Source of the DNA: a virus
Length of the DNA stretch: 64,000 bases
Virus record (IMG/VR): IMGVR_UViG_3300012942_000035
Location: 31,679-95,678 of that record
Direction: 5' to 3' (one strand)
In this document: one piece after another, positions 10,400-21,283 of the stretch
Numbering within the stretch: the stretch's first letter is position 1
Layout: each line of letters opens with the position of its first letter
Notes under the pieces: generated by a model
Databases searched by the model: none
What the model was told of the DNA's origin: nothing
The model's input: the letters and a program-made list of their open reading frames with translations, nothing else
Made by a program: the position numbers and the translations under genes

Positions 10400-11373
10400 T
10401 GAATACAGTATATGTGAATGATACCGACCGCTCGGTATCACTAACGGTCCCGGTAACCCCAAATATAGGAACAATGGATGTTACTGTTTCGAAGAATGGC
10501 GCGGTAGTAGAAGTAATAGATACTGTCACCGCCGATGGAAACACATACTCGTTTGACCTACCATTCTCACTATGTCAATCAGACAATGAATATGACATAA
10601 ACTGGAAGTTCTCCTACGACGAGAACTCATTGACCTATGATTACGACAACACCACGCAGGTAGAAGTTGTCACGCCGATACTACCATTGGCTACCATCGG
10701 TAGCATTCTTGGGGATGACTTGAATACCCCCGAGCACACACGAACAGCCGAGGCCGCCGTAAGGACAATAATTCAGGCGCATACTGGACAGAAGTTCGGG
10801 TATTCCAAAAACAAGACCATTGTTGTTGAGGGTCATGCTGAGAGAGCATTGAGACTACCGGAGAGGCTTATCGCCCTCAGCGGTCTATCTACGTTGACAG
10901 CACAACTCGATATACGAGCAGCGATTATCACGAGCGACGGCTGGTACTTGAAGAAGAGTTGGTCCGATAGCGTATTCGATATCGAGAACGATTCTCTGTA
11001 TTGGTCAGGTGCTGATTACAACTTCGACAACCCGGCCCCTGGTCAGCCAGGCTACGAGAAGCCCAGCCACGGCCCCATCATTGACGCTCCTAGAATCCGT
11101 GTCTCGCCTACCAGATGGAGGGATGACTACCCATTCTCCATCACCGGAGATTGGGGCTACAAGTCGGTCCCGGTAGATGTTCAAGAGGCTGCTAAACTAC
11201 TTATCAATGATTATGCATGCTCTGAAATAGCGTATAGAGACAGGTACCTTGAATCTATCAAGGCATCCGATTGGAGATTGCAGTTCTCTAGTAGGGCTTG
11301 GGAATACACCGGCAATGTCCGAGCAGACCAACTCCTAGCCCAATACGTCTTATTGAATTGGGCGGTAGTGTAA
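10399..11373 (+). CDS. Head-to-tail adaptor
   Basis: AEAAVRTIIQAHTGQKF and ITGDWGYKSVPVDVQEAAKLL motifs typical of adaptors; synteny. Confidence 0.7.
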   Translation: MNTVYVNDTDRSVSLTVPVTPNIGTMDVTVSKNGAVVEVIDTVTADGNTYSFDLPFSLCQSDNEYDINWKFSYDENSLTYDYDNTTQVEVVTPILPLATIGSILGDDLNTPEHTRTAEAAVRTIIQAHTGQKFGYSKNKTIVVEGHAERALRLPERLIALSGLSTLTAQLDIRAAIITSDGWYLKKSWSDSVFDIENDSLYWSGADYNFDNPAPGQPGYEKPSHGPIIDAPRIRVSPTRWRDDYPFSITGDWGYKSVPVDVQEAAKLLINDYACSEIAYRDRYLESIKASDWRLQFSSRAWEYTGNVRADQLLAQYVLLNWAVV

Positions 11374-11885
11374 TGGTTGTCTGCCTCACGGGTGCTAGAT
11401 TCAACATGAAGGCAGACATTCTACGCCAAGGATACGACGTTGATGGTGACTTCGATACTACCGATACTGACGGTGAATGGGCGATGCAGCAAGACCCTGA
11501 CACTGGTGAATTCATTAGGAAGTGGCAGCCCAATCCGTCTAGTCCAAACGCGCCGGTAGATACTCCATCCCTAGAGACATTCTCCTGTATAGCGCGAGGT
11601 ATCACCAACGGTGGACTACGTACCCAAGGTGCTAGTGAATACTTCGGAAAGTTGTATGAGGATACCGACTACGTACAGATGACCTTTGGAGCCAATGTAA
11701 AGGTCGGTAGGCGAGATAGAATAACTAATATCCGTGATGCGTCTGGCAATATAGTCTGGGTGGAAGAAGAGGCCGATGGTCGCCCGCCCACAGTATTCAA
11801 TGTGAATGGTGTCATTCCGGTGTTGGACCCGTTCGGCAAGCACATAGAGTCCTTTGCGCTTTTGGAGAGGGCTGAGAGTCAGTGA
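11373..11885 (+). CDS. Head-to-tail stopper
   Basis: TAATG coupling at 11373; synteny; RDRITNIRD motif. Confidence 0.55.
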   Translation: MVVCLTGARFNMKADILRQGYDVDGDFDTTDTDGEWAMQQDPDTGEFIRKWQPNPSSPNAPVDTPSLETFSCIARGITNGGLRTQGASEYFGKLYEDTDYVQMTFGANVKVGRRDRITNIRDASGNIVWVEEEADGRPPTVFNVNGVIPVLDPFGKHIESFALLERAESQ

Positions 11886-12724
11886 GCGGCGCTATAGAAA
11901 TCAACGCAGACACGTCTGGTATCTCCGCATTCGCTGGCGGTATGTCAGGCATGTTGACCGCAGTTACCACTACGGCCTTCAAGAGTAATTTCTTGGGCAA
12001 CGCCATGAACCAGGTAAGGAAAGAGTTCATGATTAGCGCAGAGGCCAACAGAGACCACTTGAAGCATGTGTTTGAGTGGGGCGACGAGCAGGGTCAGGTA
12101 GGCACCAGGCCGCTGTTCGCAGTTACTAAGAATGGCTCAGGTTCACGACGATATATGTCGTTCAGATTCCTGGACTCTACCAAGCAGGTTCCGTTCCCAG
12201 ATGAAGGTAGATATGGATTCACTTTGAACGGCAATATGAAGCCACACGTATTCAGGAAGAAAGCACTCGTTATGGAAACGCAGAGCGAGGTAGTGATATC
12301 CCCGAGACCAGACAACAAGAAGGGTTTGTTCATCCCATGGGAGCAGGCCGATAAAGGCTATATCATGATTAAAGGCTCTACTGTGATTAATCCTGGCGGT
12401 ACATCTACCGGCAAGTTCTCAGAATTCTGGGAAGAGTGGTTCAGAACCGAGGCACCTAGAATCATGGCTGCCAAGGCCAAGGCCGCTGAGGAAGTTCTAG
12501 CCGCTACCGGGCAGAAGGTCATCAGATATGCTGCCGGTACAGTAAGGGGTGGCGTCAAGGTCGGTGGTAGGTTTGCCAAGGGAGAGAGCGCATCCTTCGC
12601 ATATGTTAATGCAGAGAGACTTGCTGAGGGCTTGGTCGAAGCCGAGATGAAGTCAGCATTCCGAGACAATGAACCGGCGTTCGCTGACGACCTATACTTA
12701 TATGATGATGGTGATGATTACTGA
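11882..12724 (+). CDS. Putative neck/tail completion protein
   Basis: GTGA overlap; position between stopper and tail terminator. Confidence 0.5.
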   Translation: MSGAIEINADTSGISAFAGGMSGMLTAVTTTAFKSNFLGNAMNQVRKEFMISAEANRDHLKHVFEWGDEQGQVGTRPLFAVTKNGSGSRRYMSFRFLDSTKQVPFPDEGRYGFTLNGNMKPHVFRKKALVMETQSEVVISPRPDNKKGLFIPWEQADKGYIMIKGSTVINPGGTSTGKFSEFWEEWFRTEAPRIMAAKAKAAEEVLAATGQKVIRYAAGTVRGGVKVGGRFAKGESASFAYVNAERLAEGLVEAEMKSAFRDNEPAFADDLYLYDDGDDY

Positions 12725-13239
12725 TGTATGAAGGTCATACTGCAATATATGCTCTCAACTCCTATGTGTGGAAGTTGATTGAGACTAACCTCGGATGGTC
12801 CAAGTCCGACTATAGCGGCGCGGTACCTATTATCCCGAGTTCACAACAGCCTGAATTGATGAATACCAAGAAGCCATTCCTGGTATACGGTAGTGCCGGT
12901 CAGCCTTTCGGAAATCTATACGTACAGAGAAGAGATTCAGTCTCATACAACATCTATGGCCAAACGGCCAAGGAAGTAAATGATGTGGTCGCACTTATCG
13001 CTGATGCTTTCGAGACCCAAGACCAAGCCGCAGACTATGTGAATCAATGGTTGACCACTGAGCGCAACGCGACCGGTAGAGATAGAGGTATCTCCTTCCT
13101 ATCTGTTAGACCAATCATGAGCGGTAGAGCCACAGCAGCAGCCGATGAAGGCGGATTGGTATCAGCCTATTGTATGGTGGAGATAAAGTATGTCTCGGAG
13201 AACAATGCTGTGACCACAGGGTTCACATATACTTCCTGA
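12724..13239 (+). CDS. Tail terminator protein
   Basis: KPFLVY...SYNIYG pattern; directly before the major tail gene. Confidence 0.55.
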   Translation: MYEGHTAIYALNSYVWKLIETNLGWSKSDYSGAVPIIPSSQQPELMNTKKPFLVYGSAGQPFGNLYVQRRDSVSYNIYGQTAKEVNDVVALIADAFETQDQAADYVNQWLTTERNATGRDRGISFLSVRPIMSGRATAAADEGGLVSAYCMVEIKYVSENNAVTTGFTYTS

Positions 13240-13323
13240 ATTTTGCGTTAGGACGACTTAAATGATAGTATTAAAGTCGAGGAAGTGCTAAACAAATTCT
13301 TTGTTACGGAGGTGACATAACTT

Positions 13324-13992
13324 ATGAATAACAAGCAGAACATTATTGTTGGTGCGGCATCTATTTACATTGGTAACAACTCTGTAAACACGACTGTTGC
13401 AGCATCACAGAAGCCTGCTTTCGTCGCTAATACGTCTTACCGTACAACTCTAGAGGGTACGGCTTGGAACTCCGCTTCTACTGACCCGACTACAGCAGCA
13501 TTCTGGCAGGGTACTGGATATACTCAGGACGGCCTAGAGATTGCTTACGAGCCAGACTTCGGTGACGTTGAAGTTGACCAGTTGCTCGACTCCGCATTGG
13601 TATTCAAGCAGAGCATGAAGGTGTCCTTGAACACCACATTGGCCGAGGCCACGCTTTACAACTTGATGCTATCTTGGGGTCAGGCTGGTGCTACGCTTAC
13701 CTCGTCTGCATCTGATGCAGAACTTGTGATGCAAGGCGGTAGTTTGGGAGATGCTCCAATCGAGCGTTCCCTAATTGCTGTTGGTAACGGTGTATACGGT
13801 CGAAACACACAGAGTGCTGGTGCTACTGTTTATGCAGAGCGTACCTACCATGCATATCGAGTTCTACAGGTTGAGTCCTCAACCCACTCTATGAAGAGGA
13901 ATGAGAACACCGGTATTCCGGTATCCTTCCGTGCGCTTCCGGCTGACGACGGTAACTACGGTAAGGTCAAGGACCGCCAGAGAACGTGGTAA
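13324..13992 (+). CDS. Major tail protein
   Basis: NIIVGAASIY, GYTQDGLEIAYEP, TTLAEATLYNL, IPVSFRALP; strong SD GGAGG; followed by a terminator. Confidence 0.85.
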   Translation: MNNKQNIIVGAASIYIGNNSVNTTVAASQKPAFVANTSYRTTLEGTAWNSASTDPTTAAFWQGTGYTQDGLEIAYEPDFGDVEVDQLLDSALVFKQSMKVSLNTTLAEATLYNLMLSWGQAGATLTSSASDAELVMQGGSLGDAPIERSLIAVGNGVYGRNTQSAGATVYAERTYHAYRVLQVESSTHSMKRNENTGIPVSFRALPADDGNYGKVKDRQRTW

Positions 13993-14010
13993 TATAGTTT
14001 AGTACGTAGA

Positions 14011-14045
14011 CAAACCCCCGGTAGAGATACCGGGGGTTTGTTGTA
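14011..14045 (+). terminator. Intrinsic terminator after the major tail gene
   Basis: CAAACCCCCGGT-AGAGAT-ACCGGGGGTTTG then TTGT. Confidence 0.8.
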
Positions 14046-14103
14046 TAACTTGCAAGATAACCACTCACCCATTATAATTACACTATGACATACAGGAGGA
14101 ACA

Positions 14104-14511
14104 ATGGCGTCTGAGGTATTTACTACCGAGAATATAAGGCTTCTTGATGGGGAAGAGGTTGAACTACGACCGCTTCCCATTTCCAAGTTGCGTAAGTTTA
14201 TGAGATTGTGGACAGAGCATGCTACAGCAATGGCAAACGAGTTGAATGCTACTAGAGATTCAGAGGATGAGGAACTAGACCAAGCAGCCATGACGGACAG
14301 GCAGTTCGACACATACATCAAGTTGTGTGCGATTGGCTTGGAGTCTCAGTTGAAGGGTGACCAGACTGAGAAACAGTATATTACACAATTAGAAGATGTG
14401 CTCGATGAGCAGACCATCTACAAGATTCTAGAGGTCACTGGTGGATTGAAGTTGAATGATTCCCCAAATCAGAGTCCGGCGATGATGCCGGAAATGGGTG
14501 GGATGAACTAG
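14104..14511 (+). CDS. Tail assembly chaperone (short form)
   Basis: Between major tail and tape measure genes; SD AGGAGG. Confidence 0.8.
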   Translation: MASEVFTTENIRLLDGEEVELRPLPISKLRKFMRLWTEHATAMANELNATRDSEDEELDQAAMTDRQFDTYIKLCAIGLESQLKGDQTEKQYITQLEDVLDEQTIYKILEVTGGLKLNDSPNQSPAMMPEMGGMN

Positions 14512-14804
14512 ATTTAGCACCGCTTCTGGCGGATGTATTCCATCAAGGACCATGGAAAAATATAAAGGAAATGGAGGACTGTCTAACTCTTGAAGAAGTG
14601 TATCTGCTATCCGATGCAGTATATCGAGCAGAGCACAGACGCAACAAGTTTGCCGCTGCGTTGAAGGGCATCTCTTTGGATGAACCAAATGATAGGTTCG
14701 AAGAGGTAGAGAAGAAAGCGCAGGCGGCACTTGCGGGTCAGAGTGAAGAGGAATTCGTATTCGGCATGATTGGCATTGAAGTCGATTCGAATGAAGATGA
14801 TTAA
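14104..14804 (+). CDS. Tail assembly chaperone, -1 frameshifted long form (slip at C CCA AAT, 14463-14469)
   Basis: The -1 frame opens at 14460 (after TGA 14457-14459), immediately before an X XXY YYZ heptamer, and runs to TAA 14804. Confidence 0.8.
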
Positions 14805-17800
14805 TGCAAAATATAGACGTTAGGTTCAACGCATCTAGTAACTTCTCCAAAGTAAGGGCAGACCTTGCCGGGTTGGAGGCACAGGCTGGTGCGTTGAACA
14901 AGGTTCTCACTGGTGGTGCCTATGCCAAGCCACCGCAGTTGGTGCGTCCAGAAACATGGAATCAGGCATCGGCTGCGGTGAATACCGCCAGCCGTACGTT
15001 CCGTGATGCGTTGTCCTCATCGGGCAAGTTCACCACACAGCAGATTCGTGCTACGTCAGAGGCCGAGAGATACACTCAGGCAATTCAGAAGCAGAAGTTG
15101 AGCCTGGGTGAGATGATTAAGCACCAGGGTATTCTAAAGCAGGTATATCAGGACCAACTTAGAATGCAGAAGATGAGTGCCCAATATTGGGGTACTGACA
15201 CGCAGGGTCGAGCAGTAACAGATATTACGATGCCGACCAGAGTTCCTCAGGAACTAGATACCTGGCAGAGAAGAATGGGATTCTTCGGCTCGTTGACAAA
15301 GAGCGCCGGTAAGGAAATCGTTAACCTCGGTAAGAACATTCAGTGGTCTGGTCGCCAACTTACCGTAGGTCTAACCTACCCGATGATATTGTTCGGTGCC
15401 GCCGCCGGTAAGGTAGCATATGATACCGAAAAAGGCTTTGCCAACATCAACAAGGTATACGACCTATCTGCTAAGTCATTGACCTCGCAGGCGGCTAAGG
15501 AGCAAGAACTTGGTCAACTAAGGTCAAGGTCATTGGCCATGGCGACCACGGCAGCCCAACAGTATGGTTCTACTTTGAATTCTACATTGAAGGTTGAGAA
15601 GGAATTGGCTGCTACTGGTCTACGAGGTAACCAACTTCTTGGAACCACTCAGCAGGTTCAGCGCATCTCCACTCTTGGTGATATGGACCCGCAGCAGACC
15701 ACCCAGATGGTCGTTGCTCTACAGAACACGATGTTGAAGGGTGACAAATCAACCAAGCATTTGGCTGACACCCTAAACTATTTGAACGCTACTGCAAACG
15801 CAACCTCTCTTGACTTACAGGACATTGCAGAGTCTGTTCCTCGTGCTGCATCAGCATTTCATTCCCTGGGTGGTACGACCAAGGACTTGGCAACAATCCT
15901 TGTCGCTATGCGCGAATCCGGTGTTGAGGCAGCACAGGGTGCTAACGCTATCAAGTCTGCATCTACTCGTATTATCAATCCTGTTAAGAAGGCTATTGAC
16001 ATCTATGACCAGTATGGTATTGATATTCAGAAGATTTCCAAGGAGTCCAATGGTAACCTATTTGAATTTCTTAAGAAACTAGGTGTAGAGCAACAGAAGA
16101 TAGTTGGTCCTACCAAGAAGCAAACAGCCTACTTACGAGCACAAGGTATCGCCGCCCTATCCGGAACTTATCAGTACAACCGTTTGAACGCTGCGCTTGT
16201 TAATATAACCGATGCATATGGTGGCGTCAATAATCAGGCATCCAAGGCGATAGAATTGGGAAAGAGGTCTCCTGCAGAATTGGCTAAGATTGCTAAGGCT
16301 TCTCAAGATGAGATGATGAATAACCCTGCCGGTAAGTTGCGTCAAGAATGGGCTGCCCTACAGATTGAACTTTCAAAGATGGGTGTGCCATTCCTAAAGG
16401 CTGGTGCGGATATCCTGTCGGTATTTACCAAGATTACTAAGGCATTCAACAATATGCCGGGTTGGATTAAGAAGATAGCACTATTCGGTGCCGCTGGTCT
16501 TGCTCTTGCAGGTCCGCTTGTCATGCTTTCCGGTTTGGTCATGAACCTATTTGGACAGTTCTTTACTGGTATCGGTACTATTGCCACTATGGTTGCTCAA
16601 TTCAAGCAATTGTCAGCAACATGGGGCGAGGCTGGAACCATAGGACAGAGACTTGCTGGTGTTGGACAGATTATCACGAAGCAGGAGCGTGCCGCCGCTC
16701 TAACTGCTGAACAGCAGAATAAAGCATACGCTACCCAGAAGGCTGAGATTGCCAGTCTCGCAGAAGAGGTAGCGGTATTGACGGCAGCATACGAGCGCGC
16801 CACTATCGCTGCGCAGGCCCAGATGGAAGTCATTGGTCAAATTCCATCATCAGCATCACCAGCATTCATTGGTCCAAAAACACAAGTGCTGGCTGGTCAC
16901 CCGCTCACTTCTGCAGAACAGACTGCTGCTGCGTCTATTCCTACATATATACAAGGTCCGAATGGAAGAATGGCTGGTAGTCTTACCGAGGCCGCTAGAT
17001 TGGAGCGAATTCAGGCGCAGGTCGCAGCCGATGAGAAGGCTGCTGCGGCTGCTGCGGAAGCGGCTGCTGCTGCAAACACGAAGAATAGTACGGCGTTAAA
17101 GACTGCCGGTGTAGCATCGGCAGCCATGGCAGCATCTATGGTATTAATGATGGCTCCGGTAGGTCATGTAGGTCAAGAGATTGGTAAATGGGGCCTTATC
17201 GGAACTATGGCAGTACCTGCCCTTAAGACCGCTATTGGTCTTGGAAATAGGATGGTATCCAGTGTTAGCGCCATTGTCGCAAGAACCATAGCTGCTGCTG
17301 AGGGAACGTCATTGCTTACCACTGGTATGGCGGCTGCACGAGCAGGCGCGATAGGATTCGGAGTGGCACTTAATGAGGCATTAGGCCCAATTGGTTGGAT
17401 AGCTCTTGGTCTTACCGCCGCCGCTGGTATATTCATGGCAATAAAGCATCATAATGATGAAATATCCAAGCAGCAGAAGGAACTACTCGATGCACAGTTG
17501 AAAGCAAATGATGCTTTGAACAATTCTGCCGCAAAGTTTGCTGAATATATGGGTAAGGCAGCCGGTAGCTATCAGCAGATTACACAGACCAGTCCAGGAG
17601 TGGCAGGTATCGGTATTGGTGGAGTATCTGCCAACATGAAAGCCTATGATTACTATAAGAATAATGATGAGGGTAAGAAGGCCACAGCAGGATTCAAGGA
17701 TGCTGGCGGTAATATTCTAGGTACAGACCTACTTATTGATAAGGCTCGTCAAGAGTTCATTGACCTACAGGTTGTTGGTAAGCAAACTGCCAAGCAAGCA

Positions 17801-20800
17801 TCTGGAAACCTCGTTGCTATGTTGGAGGCGGTGGGTTTGGGTGCTCGTCAAGCTCAGACCATCGTTGACAACGTTTACAAGCATTATGGCGACCTATCCA
17901 AGATGGATTGGTCTAAGCCTATTCAGGACCAGATTAAGACTTTGAAGGATACCGCTGGAAAAGGAATCCTGAATTCGGAATATAATACTACTGCTGGATT
18001 TACAGATTATACAGTAAATGACTCGCAAGTAAAGTTGGTTGAACAACAGGCTGCTAAATCCGCCCAGGTATTCAATCAGGCTATTGCCAATGCGGCTTCT
18101 CCGCAGAAGGCCCATCAATATATCAAGGCATATATGGATGCTGCTCTAGAAGAATGGAATAAAGGTTATAAGGCTATTTTGAATGCACAGGGTGGTGGAA
18201 CCGACCGCGCCCGCGCGGTGTTTACCAAGTATGGTATTGATTCTGGTAAGGCATTCTCCACAGCATGGGCAAAGAATGCAGACTTCCGCAAAGATTTGAA
18301 CAATCTCATTGGTAGCACTGGAATTGTTGGATATGGAGAGTATATTAAGCAGGCTACCCTGGCTGGAAAGACATGGGAGAATGCGATGATTAAGCCCCTT
18401 GCCAAGGATTCTAATTATTTGAGTGACTCTATTAATAGCGTTGTCGATGCTCTTATAGAGTTTAATAAGCAGGGTGTTGGTGTGACTAATAAGCAGGCTG
18501 CCAACTTCATCAAGAATTCCCCACAGTATCAAGAGGTAATGGATTTGCAGCGAGAGCTTGCGAATATCCACGTGACAGACAAGGGTGTTGGTCTTGACCG
18601 TATCTCAGCCATGACTACCGAGTTGAACAAGAAGTCCAAGTCTTTGACCGTTACTATTAATGGTCTTAACAAGAAGTTCGGATTCGAACAGGGTCAGACT
18701 GCTATGCAAGCGCTACAGAATTTGATGAATGGCGTTAAGGCCAAGACTGATAGTGCTGATAATTCTGTAAAGAAATTGGATAATGATTTGAGTGCGGTGC
18801 CGAGTTCAAAGAATATCAGTATTGGTATTACTAGTGATAGCGTGCCAAGTATTGTTAAGACAGCTATGTCTGGTGTACAGGGTGAAATGGCAAGTTCCGC
18901 ACTTGCATCGTTCAATGCTTCATGGGATTCTAAAGAGGCTGCTACACAAGCATATTGGCAGAAGCGTCAACAGCATGCTCAAAATGCTGCTCAGGATGCT
19001 CAGGATAGATTACAGGCTAAGTTCGATAAGCGTCAAGATAAGATTACCAAGGCATATCAGAAGAGAATCGACGCGGTAAATAAAGAAATCAAATCTGAGC
19101 AGGATGCCGATGACAAGCGCGAAGCTATGTATGAGGCCGAGAAGAATAGACTACAGCATTTGGCAGATATGCAGAATGATAATATTGATTTTCAGACAGC
19201 TATTACTGAGGGTCGTCTAGACGACGCCGCCAAGATTCAAAATAATGCTGGCGCAAAGAACGCCGCCTACCAGATGGATAAGGAACAGGCTGCTGCCGAG
19301 CAGAGAACCAAGGACACGGTAGATAGGCTAGAGAAGAAGAACGACAAGCTAGAGAAGCAGCGCGATAAGGAATTGAAGCAGCTTGAAAAGATGGAGGACC
19401 GTCAGAAGAAGCATCTTGACCGTATGCAGCAGGCCCGCGAGGCAGCGTTGGAGAGGGCATCCAATGCTGATATGGCTGCCCAGAAGAAGCAGAGGGATTA
19501 TGAAGAAGCAATGCTTAATCAGCGTCTGGACCTATTCAAGTCATATACCGCTCGTAATCAATCAGACCTAGAGGCTTGGATGAAGAAGGTTGGATTGTCT
19601 TATGATGATTTCGGTGTTGATGTTAAGGCTAAGGGTGAGAAATGGTCTAAGTATTTCCGCACTGAGCTTTCAGAGCAGATTCGCAAGGCTGGTACGGACG
19701 TAGCCAATGATGCCATTTGGTCAGAAATTGGTCCCAAGATGGCAGGTCAGATTCTAAAGGGAATTGGATTTAAGGGAATGGCAGATTTTAAGAGGTTTGT
19801 CAATACTGGTAAGATGTCTGGTGGTGGTACTGGTGGAGCAGAAACTCATCACACTGGTGGTGTCGTTGGTTCCGGTTCCGGTAGCCGAGGTAATGTCCCT
19901 AATTCATTCAAGGGTCTACATCGTTCTGAACAGATGGTACGCGCCCAGAAGGGTGAATACATCGTAAACAAGGATGCTTCAAAGAAGCATGGTTCTCTTC
20001 TAAGCGCAATTAATAGTGGTATGTTCGGATATGATAGAGGAAATAACTTCGGCACAGGTGGTTTAGCTGCCGCAGAGACCCAGACCAGAATATATCCTGG
20101 TGTTGCAGGATTAATATCTGGTATTACCGCCAATATGTATAAGGCCGGTGTAGAGAAGGGTGTTGATACTGGATACACTAAGGCTGTCAAGTATTGGGCA
20201 AAGAAGGCGGCAGCCATGTATTCAGGTGCTCCTGGTGTTTATGGTGGGATGCGTTGGGATAAGACTCAGATGCAGAACGCAGCTAAGATTGCCTCTATTG
20301 GTTCCGCAATGCATATGGGCAAGCGTGACATTGAGATTGCTATCATGACAGCTATGGATGAGTCAAGTTTACGCAATCTTACCGGAGGTGACCGAGATTC
20401 CGCCGGTCTGTTCCAGCAGCGCCCATCACAAGGATGGGGTACGTTTGCTCAGGTAACGAATCCAGATTATGCCGCTCGTACATTCTATTCTCACCTTAGG
20501 AATGTTGGAAATAGAGGAAGCATGAGCCCTTGGATGGCTGCACAAACTGTACAGCGCTCCGGTACTCCTGATGGTAGTAACTACGAGAGATTCTGGGGTT
20601 CTGCTGAGGCTGTATTCAATGCTCTAAAGTCATCAGGTGGCGGTGGAGGATATATTCCTGGTACTGGTAAGAAGCATCGCCCGGTAAATGGTGGAACAAT
20701 CACACAAGGTCTACACGATGTATATACAGGATATGGTGCTGTTGACATTGGCGTCCCGGTAGGAAGCAAGGTATATGCTGTTAATGATGGTAAGATTACA

Positions 20801-21283
20801 TTATCTACTGACCTACCGGGTTCCGGTAATGGTGGATACCGCTCGTATGGTCGCTATATCAAGTTAAAGACAGATTCTGGACCAGAAGTTTTATACGCTC
20901 ACCTTTCCAGAAGGAGTGTATCTACTGGTACTAATGTTGCTGGTGGAGCAGTTATTGGTTATTCAGGTAATACTGGTAATTCTACCGGACCGCACCTTCA
21001 CTTTGGAGCAAGTAATAACAATCCTTGGGCGTGGTTGCGCCAGGGCGGAACAATTAGATATGATAACACCCCAGCCATATTGCACAAGGGCGAGACAGTG
21101 TTAACTGATGCTCTTACTCAACAATTTAAGAAGAATGTTGCATCAGGGGGCGGTGACTCATATACTATTACTGTTGACCTTCGTGGCGCTGTTATCAAGG
21201 ATGAGTTTGATTTCAAGAAGGCCGTCAACAGCGTTATTGATGAGCGCGAAGGCAGATTGGGTAGAAAGAGGGTTATTAGGTAA
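14804..21283 (+). CDS. Tape measure protein with C-terminal lysozyme-like and M23 peptidase domains
   Basis: 2159 aa, Ala-rich helical with coiled coils; TAMDESSLRN...AGLFQQRPSQGWG; H..YGAVDIG, YAHLS and GNTGNSTGPHLHF. Confidence 0.92.
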   Translation: MQNIDVRFNASSNFSKVRADLAGLEAQAGALNKVLTGGAYAKPPQLVRPETWNQASAAVNTASRTFRDALSSSGKFTTQQIRATSEAERYTQAIQKQKLSLGEMIKHQGILKQVYQDQLRMQKMSAQYWGTDTQGRAVTDITMPTRVPQELDTWQRRMGFFGSLTKSAGKEIVNLGKNIQWSGRQLTVGLTYPMILFGAAAGKVAYDTEKGFANINKVYDLSAKSLTSQAAKEQELGQLRSRSLAMATTAAQQYGSTLNSTLKVEKELAATGLRGNQLLGTTQQVQRISTLGDMDPQQTTQMVVALQNTMLKGDKSTKHLADTLNYLNATANATSLDLQDIAESVPRAASAFHSLGGTTKDLATILVAMRESGVEAAQGANAIKSASTRIINPVKKAIDIYDQYGIDIQKISKESNGNLFEFLKKLGVEQQKIVGPTKKQTAYLRAQGIAALSGTYQYNRLNAALVNITDAYGGVNNQASKAIELGKRSPAELAKIAKASQDEMMNNPAGKLRQEWAALQIELSKMGVPFLKAGADILSVFTKITKAFNNMPGWIKKIALFGAAGLALAGPLVMLSGLVMNLFGQFFTGIGTIATMVAQFKQLSATWGEAGTIGQRLAGVGQIITKQERAAALTAEQQNKAYATQKAEIASLAEEVAVLTAAYERATIAAQAQMEVIGQIPSSASPAFIGPKTQVLAGHPLTSAEQTAAASIPTYIQGPNGRMAGSLTEAARLERIQAQVAADEKAAAAAAEAAAAANTKNSTALKTAGVASAAMAASMVLMMAPVGHVGQEIGKWGLIGTMAVPALKTAIGLGNRMVSSVSAIVARTIAAAEGTSLLTTGMAAARAGAIGFGVALNEALGPIGWIALGLTAAAGIFMAIKHHNDEISKQQKELLDAQLKANDALNNSAAKFAEYMGKAAGSYQQITQTSPGVAGIGIGGVSANMKAYDYYKNNDEGKKATAGFKDAGGNILGTDLLIDKARQEFIDLQVVGKQTAKQASGNLVAMLEAVGLGARQAQTIVDNVYKHYGDLSKMDWSKPIQDQIKTLKDTAGKGILNSEYNTTAGFTDYTVNDSQVKLVEQQAAKSAQVFNQAIANAASPQKAHQYIKAYMDAALEEWNKGYKAILNAQGGGTDRARAVFTKYGIDSGKAFSTAWAKNADFRKDLNNLIGSTGIVGYGEYIKQATLAGKTWENAMIKPLAKDSNYLSDSINSVVDALIEFNKQGVGVTNKQAANFIKNSPQYQEVMDLQRELANIHVTDKGVGLDRISAMTTELNKKSKSLTVTINGLNKKFGFEQGQTAMQALQNLMNGVKAKTDSADNSVKKLDNDLSAVPSSKNISIGITSDSVPSIVKTAMSGVQGEMASSALASFNASWDSKEAATQAYWQKRQQHAQNAAQDAQDRLQAKFDKRQDKITKAYQKRIDAVNKEIKSEQDADDKREAMYEAEKNRLQHLADMQNDNIDFQTAITEGRLDDAAKIQNNAGAKNAAYQMDKEQAAAEQRTKDTVDRLEKKNDKLEKQRDKELKQLEKMEDRQKKHLDRMQQAREAALERASNADMAAQKKQRDYEEAMLNQRLDLFKSYTARNQSDLEAWMKKVGLSYDDFGVDVKAKGEKWSKYFRTELSEQIRKAGTDVANDAIWSEIGPKMAGQILKGIGFKGMADFKRFVNTGKMSGGGTGGAETHHTGGVVGSGSGSRGNVPNSFKGLHRSEQMVRAQKGEYIVNKDASKKHGSLLSAINSGMFGYDRGNNFGTGGLAAAETQTRIYPGVAGLISGITANMYKAGVEKGVDTGYTKAVKYWAKKAAAMYSGAPGVYGGMRWDKTQMQNAAKIASIGSAMHMGKRDIEIAIMTAMDESSLRNLTGGDRDSAGLFQQRPSQGWGTFAQVTNPDYAARTFYSHLRNVGNRGSMSPWMAAQTVQRSGTPDGSNYERFWGSAEAVFNALKSSGGGGGYIPGTGKKHRPVNGGTITQGLHDVYTGYGAVDIGVPVGSKVYAVNDGKITLSTDLPGSGNGGYRSYGRYIKLKTDSGPEVLYAHLSRRSVSTGTNVAGGAVIGYSGNTGNSTGPHLHFGASNNNPWAWLRQGGTIRYDNTPAILHKGETVLTDALTQQFKKNVASGGGDSYTITVDLRGAVIKDEFDFKKAVNSVIDEREGRLGRKRVIR

